From NCBI GenBank assembly GCA_965231075.1, contig OZ246412.1, positions 385,587 through 449,586 of the forward strand: DNA of 64,000 bases. Reading direction: 5' to 3'. Position 1 is the stretch's first letter; each line of letters opens with the position of its first letter. The translations under genes and the position numbers were made by a program. Of this stretch, positions 1 through 10,350 are shown in pieces. The DNA comes from an uncultured Candidatus Saccharibacteria bacterium. GTDB lineage: Bacteria > Patescibacteriota > Minisyncoccia > RBG-13-40-8-A. The notes below the pieces were generated by a model. That model did not search any database, was not told the DNA's origin, and saw only the letters and a list, made by a program, of their open reading frames with translations.

Positions 1-470
1 AAAAAACTTCCCCGAATATATCTTTGGCCATAGGCAAACAAGATTGATAGAAATCCAACGAAAGTGGAAATTTTTAAAACTTTGTTCCAATCAAGTTCAG
101 TTTTAATTATACTAATCAAAATTAGAAAATAAATCCAAAAGTGGACAAAACTAAATGTCCCGCCCATTCTCTCTAATGACCCCCAAAAACTATTATAGGA
201 ATTTACTCCCGTAAATCCCGTAATAACATATAGAGCGGTAAAGATTGAAAAACTTTTTAAAATCCAATTCCATTTTGGTCGATAGTTTTTATTAGCGATG
301 ATTAAGGGAATATAAAAAATCGCCATAATTTCAACAAGCGATCTGAAAATAATCATTTTGCCAAAATGAAATGGTGATAAATATTGAGAAAATATTATTA
401 GAGGAATAAAAAGCGAAACATAGATTCCCCAACGCAACATTTTTACAAAAAAATCTGAAACAGTTGTCAT
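1..470 (-). CDS. Partial polytopic membrane protein whose 3' end runs off the window start; not in the supplied ORF track because it has no stop in the window
   Basis: I translated the minus strand by hand from ATG (468-470) to position 1 and found no stop. The product is very hydrophobic with several predicted TM helices (MTTVSDFFVKMLRWGIYVSLFIPLIIF...). It lies next to a glycan cluster, so a polymerase/ligase-type role is possible but unproven. Confidence 0.4.
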   Translation of the reverse strand, partial: MTTVSDFFVKMLRWGIYVSLFIPLIIFSQYLSPFHFGKMIIFRSLVEIMAIFYIPLIIANKNYRPKWNWILKSFSIFTALYVITGFTGVNSYNSFWGSLERMGGTFSFVHFWIYFLILISIIKTELDWNKVLKISTFVGFLSILFAYGQRYIRGSF

Positions 471-501
471 GATGAATTAATTATAGTATTCGCAAATACT
501 A

Positions 502-1911
502 TTGTCAATTAAGATAAAAAGAGTTAGAATGAAAACAATTATGAAAACCAAAAAAATAATCCTTCTAATCGGAGACTTGATTATTTTATACGTGTCTTTG
601 GCTATCGCCTTAATGGTTAGGTATGGCAAATTTGATTTTGGTGTTTTTCAAAGTCATTTTGTCCCCTTTTCGATAATCTATTTATTTTGGTTGGTTGTTT
701 TTTATATTCATAACCTTTACGAACTAGACATTGCGAAAAACAACCTCAAGTTTTCAACCGCATTGTTCAGGGCGCTCATTATTGGTGGACTAATTTCGGT
801 TGTCTTCTTCTATGTTGTGCCTGGATTTACAATTAATTCTATTGCCCCAAAAACGATTTTATTTTTAAACATAATTGTTTTTATTTTCTTGTTTTATGGT
901 TGGAGATATTTTTTCAACTTATTGGCAGGCTCAATTAAATCTAAAACCAATGTCGCAATCATTGGATATAACCTGCAAGCGATTGAATTGGCTAAAGAAT
1001 TAATTAAAAACCCGCAACTTGGATACAAATTGAAATTAATCATTAAAGATGGTGAAGCAATCGATCGAACTGATTTGCCAGAAATAAAAATAATCCAAGG
1101 ATTTAAAAATTTACGCGAAACACTACAACAAGAAAAAATTTCTATCGCCGTCGTAACTCCCGAAGTTTACAAGTTTCCAAATTTAATTCAAGATCTTTTT
1201 GAGTGCATAAAATATAAAATTGATTTTGTTAATCTGCCAGAGTTCTATGAAAATATTACTCAAAAAGTGCCATTAACTGCAATTAATGAAATTTGGTTTT
1301 TAGAGAATATTTCTCAAGAAAGAAAGCAGTCTTACGAAACATTTAAAAGAGTTTTTGATTTTTGTTTCGGGGTTTTGCTCTTAATTGTCAGTTTACCTTT
1401 GTGGCCATTAATTGCTATAATTATTAAATTGGAGTCGTCGGGAAAAATATTTTATACTCAAACCAGAATTGGCAAAAGCGGAAAACCATTCGTGATGACA
1501 AAATTTAGATCAATGAAAAAAGACGCCGAAAAAAATGGTCCGCAAATGAGTCCCAAAAACGATAACAGAATAACTAAATTTGGAAACTTTTTAAGAAAAT
1601 CAAGATTTGATGAAATTCCCCAACTTTGGAATATCATTAAAGGAGAAATGAGTTTCGTTGGACCAAGAGCAGAAAGACCAGAGTTTCATCAAGAACTAAA
1701 AGAACGCATTCCCTTTTATCAAGAAAGATATCTGATTAAGCCGGGACTGTCTGGTTGGGCACAGATTAAATATGGTTACGGTTCTTCAGTTGAAGATAAT
1801 TTTGAGAAAGTACAATATGATTTATACTACATTAAACATCGTTCGTTTATTTTTGATTTAGGCATAATTCTTAAAACAATTAACATTATCCTTCGAGGAG
1901 GAGGAAGATAA
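502..1911 (+). CDS. Polyprenyl-phosphate sugar phosphotransferase (bacterial sugar transferase family, WbaP/WcaJ/CpsE-like), the initiating enzyme
   Basis: N-terminal TM helices. The C-terminal catalytic domain carries the family-typical stretch ...KFRSM...DEIPQLWNI.KGEMSFVGPRAERPEF...KPGLSGWAQI. The true start may be an internal Met (MKTIMK). Confidence 0.8.
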   Translation: MSIKIKRVRMKTIMKTKKIILLIGDLIILYVSLAIALMVRYGKFDFGVFQSHFVPFSIIYLFWLVVFYIHNLYELDIAKNNLKFSTALFRALIIGGLISVVFFYVVPGFTINSIAPKTILFLNIIVFIFLFYGWRYFFNLLAGSIKSKTNVAIIGYNLQAIELAKELIKNPQLGYKLKLIIKDGEAIDRTDLPEIKIIQGFKNLRETLQQEKISIAVVTPEVYKFPNLIQDLFECIKYKIDFVNLPEFYENITQKVPLTAINEIWFLENISQERKQSYETFKRVFDFCFGVLLLIVSLPLWPLIAIIIKLESSGKIFYTQTRIGKSGKPFVMTKFRSMKKDAEKNGPQMSPKNDNRITKFGNFLRKSRFDEIPQLWNIIKGEMSFVGPRAERPEFHQELKERIPFYQERYLIKPGLSGWAQIKYGYGSSVEDNFEKVQYDLYYIKHRSFIFDLGIILKTINIILRGGGR

Positions 1912-1914
1912 GGT

Positions 1915-2793
1915 ATGAAAAAACAATTATCAGTCATAGTCCCGGTTTACAATGAAGAAAAAATTGTTAACCAGGTAATAGAAACACTGCAACAAGAATT
2001 GACGAGGATTCCAGAATTAGAATACGAAATTATTGTAATTAACGATGCCTCAACCGACAAAAGCCGTGAGGTGTTAGAGAGAAACGACAATATTAATTTA
2101 ATTAATCATCCATATAATAAGGGATATGGAGCGAGTCTAAAGACAGGAATAAAAGAAGCAAAATTTGAATATTTGTTATTTTTTGATGCAGACAATCAGT
2201 TTCCTGCAAATAAAATAGAAGAGCTTCTTAAATACGTTCCAGATTTTGATATGGTTTCCGGAGCGCGAATTAAAGGATATAAAGGACCAGCATTAAGATT
2301 GCCCGGAAAAAGATTATTAAATCTAATGGCCAATTATTTAACAAAGACTAAAATTCCTGATTTAAATTGTGGATTTAGGGTTGTAAAAAGAAAAGAAATT
2401 TTCAAATTTTTACACCTTTTACCGCAAGGATATTCGCTTTCAACAACAAGCTTGTTGGCCTTTATTAAGGCCGGATTAAATGTTAAATTTGTCCCCATAG
2501 AAATAAAAAAACGAACAGATGGCAAAAGTATGGTTAAGCCAAGAGATGCGTTTAGAACATTTTTACTTATAGCGAGAATTATTTTGCTTTTCTCTCCGTT
2601 TAAAATTTTTTTGCCCATCAATGCAACAATACTCTTGCTTGCTATTGGCTCTGGCATATATGATATCTTTTTCAGGCCACACAATATTACTGATGCTACA
2701 ATACTTTTATTAGTGTCGTCGATCTTAATGTTTTTCTTTTCTCTTGTGGCCGACCAGTTAGCGACAATCAGACGAGAAATTAACCATGATTAA
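1915..2793 (+). CDS. Family 2 glycosyltransferase (Dpm1/GtrB-like, polyprenyl-phosphate sugar synthase type) with C-terminal TM helices
   Basis: N-terminal motif LSVIVPVYNEE, DAD/DxD region (FFDADNQ), and a C-terminal hydrophobic tail. Confidence 0.8.
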   Translation: MKKQLSVIVPVYNEEKIVNQVIETLQQELTRIPELEYEIIVINDASTDKSREVLERNDNINLINHPYNKGYGASLKTGIKEAKFEYLLFFDADNQFPANKIEELLKYVPDFDMVSGARIKGYKGPALRLPGKRLLNLMANYLTKTKIPDLNCGFRVVKRKEIFKFLHLLPQGYSLSTTSLLAFIKAGLNVKFVPIEIKKRTDGKSMVKPRDAFRTFLLIARIILLFSPFKIFLPINATILLLAIGSGIYDIFFRPHNITDATILLLVSSILMFFFSLVADQLATIRREINHD

Positions 2794-3589
2794 TCCCCTT
2801 TGTCAAAAATACGTTTGTCTTACGCTTGATTTGGAAAAAGACTATGGAAGAATAAATGCCTACTATAGTTTTAAAAACATAAAACCATTATTAGAATTGT
2901 TGAAAAAATACAACCAGAAACTAACTGTATTTGCGGCTGGAGAAATTTTAGATAAACAACCAAGTATAATAAATTTGTTCAAAGATTATCTCTGCGAATT
3001 TGAGCTTCACTCATATTCTCATACAGCAAAATCACAGATATCTGCGCTAGACAAAAAACAAGAAATAATAAATGCACAAAAGGCTTATTCGAATTTTTTT
3101 CAAAAATATCCAATGGGTTATCGCGCACCGCAAGGAGTAATATCGGAACAAGAATTAGAATGGTTAAAGAATAATAATTTCAAATACAGCTCAAGCCTAT
3201 TTCCTTCCTGGCGACCGGGATTGTTCAATAATATCCACCAGAAAACAAAGCCACATTTTAAAAGCTGCGGAATTCTAGAAATTCCGTTTTCTGTTGTCCC
3301 AAAACTAAGAATTCCTATAGCATTAAGCTACCAACAGCTTTTGGGTCTGCCTTTGTATAAACTCTGCTATCATCTTTTTGGGTTTCCGAATACAATTATT
3401 TACGATTTTCATTTATATAATCTAAACAAAACTCCGGGCAGAAAAAATTTACCGTTTTATTTGCAATTAACGTATCTTAGAAACTCAAAAAATGGACTTA
3501 AGATTTTGGAAAAATTCATAAAATTTCTACAAAAAAAATCATATCAATCCGTGTTTATGAGTGAAATATATCGTTTATGTCAAAAATAA
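2786..3589 (+). CDS. Polysaccharide deacetylase-like (CE4/NodB-homology) protein
   Basis: HSYSH motif (the second conserved CE4 motif) and a TVFAAGE segment. Divergent, so confidence is moderate. Confidence 0.45.
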   Translation: MINPLCQKYVCLTLDLEKDYGRINAYYSFKNIKPLLELLKKYNQKLTVFAAGEILDKQPSIINLFKDYLCEFELHSYSHTAKSQISALDKKQEIINAQKAYSNFFQKYPMGYRAPQGVISEQELEWLKNNNFKYSSSLFPSWRPGLFNNIHQKTKPHFKSCGILEIPFSVVPKLRIPIALSYQQLLGLPLYKLCYHLFGFPNTIIYDFHLYNLNKTPGRKNLPFYLQLTYLRNSKNGLKILEKFIKFLQKKSYQSVFMSEIYRLCQK

Positions 3590-4368
3590 AAATATTTATC
3601 ATAACCCAGGAAGAATCATTTTACCTTCCCCTTGGATTGACAAAATTAATTGAGGCAAAAAAAGAAAGTATTGTGGGAGCAACCATTCTTCCTCGCTTTA
3701 ATAAAAGGAAGTCTAAGCTTACAATATTCACAGAACTATTTTCACTGTATGGATTTAAATCCTTTGCAATTCAGAGCTTTGAATTCTTTGTTTTTAAACT
3801 TTTAAATGTCCTGACGCCAATTGTGGGTCTAAAAAGATTTTATTCTGTTAAAAAAATCTTCAAACATTTTTCAATCCCAATAATTCAAACCGAAAATATT
3901 AACAACGCCAATTATATTGAAAAACTGAAAGCAGCAAAACCGAATTTAATAATTTCTTTTGCGTGTCCGCAAATATTAAAAAAAGAAATATTATCTGTGC
4001 CCGGACTGGGGTGTATAAATGTCCACGGATCATTGCTTCCAAAATATCGCGGACGAAATATTGGATTCTGGGTTTTATTAAATCAAGAATCAGAAACAGG
4101 GGTAACCGTCCATTATATGAATGAAAAAATTGATGCTGGAGAAATAATTCTGCAAAAGAAAATTCAGGTCGCAGAAAAGGAGACAATTCACACTCTTTAT
4201 ACAAAAATATTACCATTAGAGGGCCTAGCATTGATTGAGACTGTTAATTTAATTGAAAGCAATGCAGTCAATTCATGGACAATTCAAATTAAAAAAGAGG
4301 ATTATTTCTCTGATGCCTCTATTGAGGATATTAAGAAGTTTAGAAAACTGGGAAAAAAATTTAGATAA
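3577..4368 (+). CDS. Formyltransferase-domain protein (Fmt/ArnA-N/PurN fold), probably a sugar N-formyltransferase
   Basis: Formyl_trans_N signature NVHGSLLPKYRGRN followed by VHYMNEKIDAGEII. It sits in a glycan cluster. Confidence 0.7.
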   Translation: MSKIKIFIITQEESFYLPLGLTKLIEAKKESIVGATILPRFNKRKSKLTIFTELFSLYGFKSFAIQSFEFFVFKLLNVLTPIVGLKRFYSVKKIFKHFSIPIIQTENINNANYIEKLKAAKPNLIISFACPQILKKEILSVPGLGCINVHGSLLPKYRGRNIGFWVLLNQESETGVTVHYMNEKIDAGEIILQKKIQVAEKETIHTLYTKILPLEGLALIETVNLIESNAVNSWTIQIKKEDYFSDASIEDIKKFRKLGKKFR

Positions 4369-4374
4369 ACCACA

Positions 4375-5322
4375 ATGAAAAAATTTTTATCCATTTTCAA
4401 CAAATATTCATTCGCATTGGGCATAATTTTGTTTTTGGTTATACTTTCCAAAACCGACATAAAATCAATAGCCGAAAACATAACCCACACCAATCCTTTA
4501 TACTTAATTCTTGCCCTGCTATTAGCGTTTCCGATGTTTACAATAAAAGCATTGTGTTGGAATTACATCAAAAGAAAACAGGGCATAAAATACAGCCTAA
4601 AAGATTCTTTAATAATGTATTGGGGCAGTATGTCTGCGGGGTTTATTACGCCGGGAAGGATCGGAGAATTAACAAAGGCACTGTATTTAAAAAAAGACGG
4701 ATACTCTTTTGGAAAATCGTTCGTGAGTATTTTTTTAGACAGAATCTCGGACCTGTTTTTTCTTGGATTGTTTGTAGCCATTGGCTTATTCGTTTTCTTT
4801 GTTGATGTTACAAAACAAATATATTTTATTTTATTAATTGTATTTTTAATGGCCGTAATTATAATTTTCGCAATTAAAAAAAAATGGTTTAATCGCATCC
4901 TGAAAAGTTTTTTTAGAATTATTATACCGAATAAATATAAAAATTCTTGGAAAATTAATTCTCAAGAATTTCTAAACGATATTAAGACTTACAGCGTCAA
5001 GAATTATTTAATAATATTCCTAATTACCCTATTTTCGTATTCCTTTTATTATTTACAAATGTATATTTTGGCAAAAGAGTGTAATTTAAACATTCCTTTT
5101 CCGTATTTAGCGTTCTCTTTAACCGCAACCGGCTTGATAACGCTTTTACCAATTTCTGTTTCGGGAATAGGAACCCGCGATGCTGCTTTAATTTTATTAT
5201 TTTCTTCTTTTGCTATATCAATAGAACAGGTAATTACTTTTTCTTCGCTGATTCTTTTAACCTCTTTATTTACAATGATTATTGGTATTTTTGCGTGGAT
5301 TATTAAACCGTTTCGTTTTTAG
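4375..5322 (+). CDS. Flippase-like polytopic membrane protein (UPF0104 / lysylphosphatidylglycerol-synthase TM-region-like)
   Basis: About 8 TM segments with the GRIGE motif typical of this flippase-like family. Glycan-cluster context. Confidence 0.45.
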   Translation: MKKFLSIFNKYSFALGIILFLVILSKTDIKSIAENITHTNPLYLILALLLAFPMFTIKALCWNYIKRKQGIKYSLKDSLIMYWGSMSAGFITPGRIGELTKALYLKKDGYSFGKSFVSIFLDRISDLFFLGLFVAIGLFVFFVDVTKQIYFILLIVFLMAVIIIFAIKKKWFNRILKSFFRIIIPNKYKNSWKINSQEFLNDIKTYSVKNYLIIFLITLFSYSFYYLQMYILAKECNLNIPFPYLAFSLTATGLITLLPISVSGIGTRDAALILLFSSFAISIEQVITFSSLILLTSLFTMIIGIFAWIIKPFRF

Positions 5323-6788
5323 TTTTTATTATTGCCTTTAAAATCAGCCTTAAAAAACATCCATCGCACAAAAGTAAAAGCCACAGATAATAGCGTTTTG
5401 ATATCGCTAAGTGTGCGTATTCCGCTTAATAATTTCCAGATCGCTATCGGTCTAAAATACCATTTTTTATAAGCCCTTGATGTGGCTTTTTTTATTTCTT
5501 TGTCAGATATCTCGGGATAACTGACTGCTGTTGAATAATTTTGGTCAAAATCCTCCCATCTTTTAGCAACCAGCCAGTTGTTTTTTAGAGACATTTCATA
5601 AAATTCTGTTCCCGGATAAGGAGTGGCGACAGCGAAATTAACTAAATCCAAATGAAGATTTTTTGATAATTTTATTGTTTCTTCAACCGTTTCTTTGGTT
5701 TCACCCGGCAAACCAATTATAAAATATCCCCACGCCTTAATACCGGCCTTTCGGGTTAATCTAATCGCTTCTTTTGTCTGCTCAATTGCAATCCCCTTAT
5801 TAACCATGTCCAAAACCTTCTGAGATCCGGATTCTATGCCATAACTAATCATTGCGCATCCGGCCTTTTTCATCCAAACCAACATCTCTCCGTCTACTGT
5901 ATCTACGCGACTATTGCAAATCCATCTAAATTTCCAATTTTTGTTGATTATTTCTTTACAAATATCAATCACGATGTCTTTGTTTACGGTGAAAATATCG
6001 GAATGAACGAAAAAATTCTTAACATTTATTTTTTTTAAATGTTCCAGTTCTTTAATAATGCTTTTGGCGGACCTATATCTCACCTGCCTATCCCAATTTA
6101 TCGGCGATCTGCAGAAAACACAACGATAAGGACACCCCCTGCTTGTCATCACAAAAGTATATCTTTTGCCAATAAAAGGAAGGGTGTACTTATCAATCGG
6201 CAAAAGTTCGTGAAGCGGTATAGGCAAGGAATCAAGATCCTTTATAAGTGGTCTTTTCCCCGTAGAAATTATTTTGCCTTTGTCCCTAAAACAAATCCCC
6301 TTGATTTTTGCAAAATCATCTATTGCGATTTTTTGCTCTATTGAATTTATAAGGTCTCTAATTGTTTCTTCTGCTTCTCCAAGAATGGCAAAATCAATAA
6401 AAGAAAAATCTTTCAGTGTCTGCTCCGGCAAAACAGTGACATGCGGACCAACAACAATTGTTGTGGCGCCGATTTTTTTACCGATTTCAGCGGCTTTAAC
6501 GTCATTGTTGATTGTTGAACTAATAACGTTGATCAATAAATAGTCCGGCTGTTTTTGTTGTATTATTCTTTCGAACGCGTTCCAATATATTTTTTCGGCA
6601 ATACAATCCATTATCTCAACCTCAAATCCATTTTCCTTCACAACCGCAGCCAAATAAGCTAAATTGGTCTGGGGCCAAATTGTTTTCTCCATACTGGTTC
6701 TGCCCGAACGATCTATGTCACGAATAATTACCACTCCTTTTTGAGGGGTAGGCGGATTAATAAATAAAATTTTTCTTTTTTCTGTCAT
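5319..6788 (-). CDS. B12-binding radical SAM enzyme (class B rSAM, candidate methyltransferase)
   Basis: N-terminal cobalamin-binding-like Rossmann segment, then radical-SAM cluster motif SRGCPYRCVFC (CxxxCxxC). Confidence 0.8.
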   Translation of the reverse strand: MTEKRKILFINPPTPQKGVVIIRDIDRSGRTSMEKTIWPQTNLAYLAAVVKENGFEVEIMDCIAEKIYWNAFERIIQQKQPDYLLINVISSTINNDVKAAEIGKKIGATTIVVGPHVTVLPEQTLKDFSFIDFAILGEAEETIRDLINSIEQKIAIDDFAKIKGICFRDKGKIISTGKRPLIKDLDSLPIPLHELLPIDKYTLPFIGKRYTFVMTSRGCPYRCVFCRSPINWDRQVRYRSAKSIIKELEHLKKINVKNFFVHSDIFTVNKDIVIDICKEIINKNWKFRWICNSRVDTVDGEMLVWMKKAGCAMISYGIESGSQKVLDMVNKGIAIEQTKEAIRLTRKAGIKAWGYFIIGLPGETKETVEETIKLSKNLHLDLVNFAVATPYPGTEFYEMSLKNNWLVAKRWEDFDQNYSTAVSYPEISDKEIKKATSRAYKKWYFRPIAIWKLLSGIRTLSDIKTLLSVAFTFVRWMFFKADFKGNNKN

Positions 6789-7528
6789 TGTTTTTCGGCT
6801 AATATCATAATTCCGAATGATTGTTTGTTAATTACTGGTATTTTGGATATTAACTCGTCAAATTTAATTAAAGCTGGAATTAAAATCTTTTTCAAGGGTA
6901 AATACTTAAAAACATCCAAAACATCAGGAAATCCCATTAACGGATAGGCCATGTAGCCGAAATAATATTTTTTTATTATTGCCAGCTCCGAACCCATAAT
7001 TTCTATTAATTCTTCTTCCTTAAAATTCTTATGTTCGTCAGAAAAATGTTTATTCTTTTTGTACATTATTTTTCTAGGCAAATCACTTAAAAAAGAATTA
7101 TGTGTATCGGCAAAAATTACCCTTCCTCCGCTTTTTAAAACCCTTTTAATCTCTCTTGCTCCTTGTTTGGGGTCGGACAAATGATGCAGTAAGCTTCTCG
7201 CAATTACAACATCAAAGGTATTATCCGGAAAGGGCAGGTTTTGAGCATCGCCCTGAACCGCTTTTTTCATCCTTGTTCGTGCATACTTTATCATTTTCTC
7301 TGAGATATCTATGCCCGTAACATCATATTTGTTTAAAAATTTTTCTGCAAAATATCCGGTGCCACAGCCGACATCAAGTATTTTTCCGTTTGGCCCAACC
7401 AAATCAATCATCTTCTTAGACCACCAATTTTGATATTTTACAGAATATCCTTTGGTGTATCTTTGTTCTTCGTAATATTTTGCCGCATAATCCTGCGTTT
7501 CTTGTTCTTTTCTATTCTTCATAAGCAC
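6785..7528 (-). CDS. Class I SAM-dependent methyltransferase (Methyltransf_11-like)
   Basis: SAM-binding motif I ILDVGCGTGYF and post-I acidic residue DIS. Confidence 0.8.
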   Translation of the reverse strand: MLMKNRKEQETQDYAAKYYEEQRYTKGYSVKYQNWWSKKMIDLVGPNGKILDVGCGTGYFAEKFLNKYDVTGIDISEKMIKYARTRMKKAVQGDAQNLPFPDNTFDVVIARSLLHHLSDPKQGAREIKRVLKSGGRVIFADTHNSFLSDLPRKIMYKKNKHFSDEHKNFKEEELIEIMGSELAIIKKYYFGYMAYPLMGFPDVLDVFKYLPLKKILIPALIKFDELISKIPVINKQSFGIMILAEKQ

Positions 7529-9098
7529 CTATATTTTTAACATTTGTATTTTTTAAAATTTGCTCCGTTGTATTTTTGTCATAACCAATAATTTTTGTCA
7601 CGCCGAATTGATTAAACGCCCATTGTAATTTTTGCTCTTTAAGTAATTTATCTATGGTGATTGGATCAAAACAAACGCAGCTGACGTCAGTATAATAATT
7701 AATTGTAGAACACGCACATTGGCCAGAAGCAAAAATATCGTTTTTTCTGTTAATGGCAGTATTGTTTTGATTAATAGAATTTATAATACCAAAAACCTGC
7801 TCTGAATTAGAATATAAATAACCTTCGTGAAAAACCCACTTATCGGATTGGATCAGATGCCCTAAAAGGGCTAAAAACAAACCAATAATCAAAAAATATT
7901 TTAAATTATTTTTTAAATTCTGTTTTAAAATAAATTTGCCGATCCAATATATCCCCAATGAGGCCATTAAAAACAAAGGAAACTCAAGTACTACAAAATG
8001 CCCCCAATGATTGCTTTTCATAACGATTAGAAATATATACGTCAAAATAATCATTGAAAAAAACATTTTTAGTAGGTCTTTCTTGTTCTTGTACAAATAA
8101 ATTCCGCCCAAAATCAACAGAAAAACCATAAATGGTCCACCAATTGTTGTCTGACTCAAAAACCCCTTTGGATAAGACACGATTGACGCCCAATACATCA
8201 AAATTTTATTCTTTGTGCTTACCGCGTATCCATATTTTCCTAAAAATTGACTATAATCGTAATTATAGTTGCCGGTATTTTCCACATTATCAATGTACGC
8301 CCCCCTATCAAAAAACCAAGTATACTGGTCCGGAAAAATATGCATATATGACGTGTCTGTTTCCTCTGACCCTAAATAGGTGTTATTAATTGATCCGGTT
8401 TTTATAATCCCTGGGCCCAAATATATACCCCAAAGAATTAAAAGTGGTAAAATAAATACAGCGATTCTTTTAAATGATTTTGTCCGTAAAAATTCATAAA
8501 TCAAAATTGCTATCGGAAGAATAATTACTGAATTTCTGGACAAAGACGCCAAGGCAAACATCAAACCCGATACAAACAACCTCAAATAACCGATTTTTTC
8601 TTTCCAAAGGAGAAATATTAAACCAACACAAATAAACAACACTGACCATTCATAGCTTCCGGCACGAATTGAGTATTGCGAAATTAACGGTGAAAAAATA
8701 TCAATAAAAACAAAAATTCCCGCCGCCCAAACATTAAAAGTTTTATAGACCAACAGAAAGGATAAAACGCTAATTAGACCGTAAATAACCAAAGAGACCC
8801 ATAAAGCAATTTGCTGTTTAAACCCTAAAATATTAAAAATTTTACTATACAAAATCGGCGTTAACTTGTTGCCAATTTTCGAAGGGATTCCATCGGTAAC
8901 GATTTTCTCCGATGACAAAATAACGTTTTTACTATTGTCTAATTTATATTCTCCTGTTAAGCTTAAATTTCTAGCCAGAATTAATCCTTCTGTTTCAAAA
9001 CCAAAAGAAAAACCCTTGTAATATACTGGCCAATAATGGGTCACTACGGAAACAATAAAAATTAAAACACAGATTAAGGCTAAATATTTTTTCTTCAT
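7512..9098 (-). CDS. Large polytopic membrane protein, candidate ArnT/PMT-type (GT-C) glycosyltransferase or glycan polymerase
   Basis: More than 10 hydrophobic segments, a periplasmic-loop-rich architecture and a Cys-rich C-terminus. Glycan-cluster context. Assignment is by architecture only. Confidence 0.35.
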   Translation of the reverse strand: MKKKYLALICVLIFIVSVVTHYWPVYYKGFSFGFETEGLILARNLSLTGEYKLDNSKNVILSSEKIVTDGIPSKIGNKLTPILYSKIFNILGFKQQIALWVSLVIYGLISVLSFLLVYKTFNVWAAGIFVFIDIFSPLISQYSIRAGSYEWSVLFICVGLIFLLWKEKIGYLRLFVSGLMFALASLSRNSVIILPIAILIYEFLRTKSFKRIAVFILPLLILWGIYLGPGIIKTGSINNTYLGSEETDTSYMHIFPDQYTWFFDRGAYIDNVENTGNYNYDYSQFLGKYGYAVSTKNKILMYWASIVSYPKGFLSQTTIGGPFMVFLLILGGIYLYKNKKDLLKMFFSMIILTYIFLIVMKSNHWGHFVVLEFPLFLMASLGIYWIGKFILKQNLKNNLKYFLIIGLFLALLGHLIQSDKWVFHEGYLYSNSEQVFGIINSINQNNTAINRKNDIFASGQCACSTINYYTDVSCVCFDPITIDKLLKEQKLQWAFNQFGVTKIIGYDKNTTEQILKNTNVKNIGAYEE

Positions 9099-10350
9099 GA
9101 TTAAAAAGATTAAAGAATTAGCATATAAATTACTTGTTCGGACTCAAGGCCTTACCGGAACCGACAATGTTTACCTTGCCAAGCAAGGTTCTTGTCTTGT
9201 TATTGGCAACATTATTAATGTTGTTGCCTCTTTTTTGTTAGCAATGGCCTTTGGAAGGTTGTTACCAATAGAGATTTACGGAGATTATCGTTATATTCTT
9301 TCGATAATCATTGTTGTGGGAATTTTTGCCCTACCAGGAATTGACGATGCAATTCTTCAGGCGGTAGCAAATAATTTTGACGGCTCGTTCAAAAAGGGGT
9401 TAAAGGAAAAATTAAAGTGGTCTGTCTTGGGAAGTATCGCGTGTCTAATAATGTCTGGTTATTTTTTCTTTTTTAAAGATAATTTCGACCTAACCATCTC
9501 TCTCATAATCGCCAGTGTATTTTTCCCAGTCCTACAAAGCACAGGATTATATCTTTCATACTTGGGAGGAAAAAAGTTTTTTGGTATTCAAACCACATAT
9601 AATGTGTTAACTCAAATAATTTCTTCTCTTTTTATTATTATAGCATTATTTTTAACAAACAGCCTTATTGTTTTGGTTTTGGTGTATTTTTTATCTTATG
9701 CCGTGCTTGGTGCAACTTTTTTTATTCTCAGCATCAAAAAATTCCCGCCGAATAACAATGTTGATGAAAAATTTATCGGTTTTGGCAAACATCTTAGCTT
9801 GTTTCATATAGTTTCCACTGTCGCTAATCAAATAGATAAAATTTTACTTTTTAATCTTTTGGGCCCAGCACAATTAGCTATTTATAGCTTTGCCTCAATG
9901 CCTACCTCGGAAGCAAATATCTTTCTCAAAAACGTTCGCGCGCTAGCTTTACCAAAATTTTCTACAAAAACCAAAGAAGAAATCAAAAAAACTCTTTTAA
10001 CAAAAATATTCCGTGCTACACTTATAATGGCGTTATTGGTTATCGCCTTTATTCTAATCGCTCCGTTTATCTATAAAATATTGTTTCCACAATATATTGA
10101 CTCAATAAATTATGCGAGACTTCTGTTTTTAATTGTCTTATTTTTCCCATTTTCTCTTATCCCTCTTTATTTTCAAGCACAAATGATGAAAAAGGAGCTT
10201 TATCAATTTGGAATAATTTCCCAAATAATTATTATGACCCTAACAATCGTTCTTGTTCCTGTGTGGGGCGTAATCGGCGCAATAACGGCAAGATTAGCTG
10301 GACAATTTGTCTCTGTAATTCTGTCAATTATACTCTTTAAAAAAAGTTAA
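9097..10350 (+). CDS. MOP-superfamily polysaccharide flippase (Wzx-like polysaccharide biosynthesis protein)
   Basis: About 12 TM helices and a size and organisation typical of Wzx-type O-unit flippases. Confidence 0.55.
   Translation: MIKKIKELAYKLLVRTQGLTGTDNVYLAKQGSCLVIGNIINVVASFLLAMAFGRLLPIEIYGDYRYILSIIIVVGIFALPGIDDAILQAVANNFDGSFKKGLKEKLKWSVLGSIACLIMSGYFFFFKDNFDLTISLIIASVFFPVLQSTGLYLSYLGGKKFFGIQTTYNVLTQIISSLFIIIALFLTNSLIVLVLVYFLSYAVLGATFFILSIKKFPPNNNVDEKFIGFGKHLSLFHIVSTVANQIDKILLFNLLGPAQLAIYSFASMPTSEANIFLKNVRALALPKFSTKTKEEIKKTLLTKIFRATLIMALLVIAFILIAPFIYKILFPQYIDSINYARLLFLIVLFFPFSLIPLYFQAQMMKKELYQFGIISQIIIMTLTIVLVPVWGVIGAITARLAGQFVSVILSIILFKKS

Noticed and set aside
2334-2684. Antisense ORFs nested inside annotated genes (for example 2334..2684, 3899..4231, 6039..6543, 12084..12421, 32026..34458 and many others in the track)
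   Set aside because: Short, low-complexity, fully contained within stronger ORFs on the opposite strand with clear domain motifs; these are by-products of AT-rich or repetitive coding sequence.
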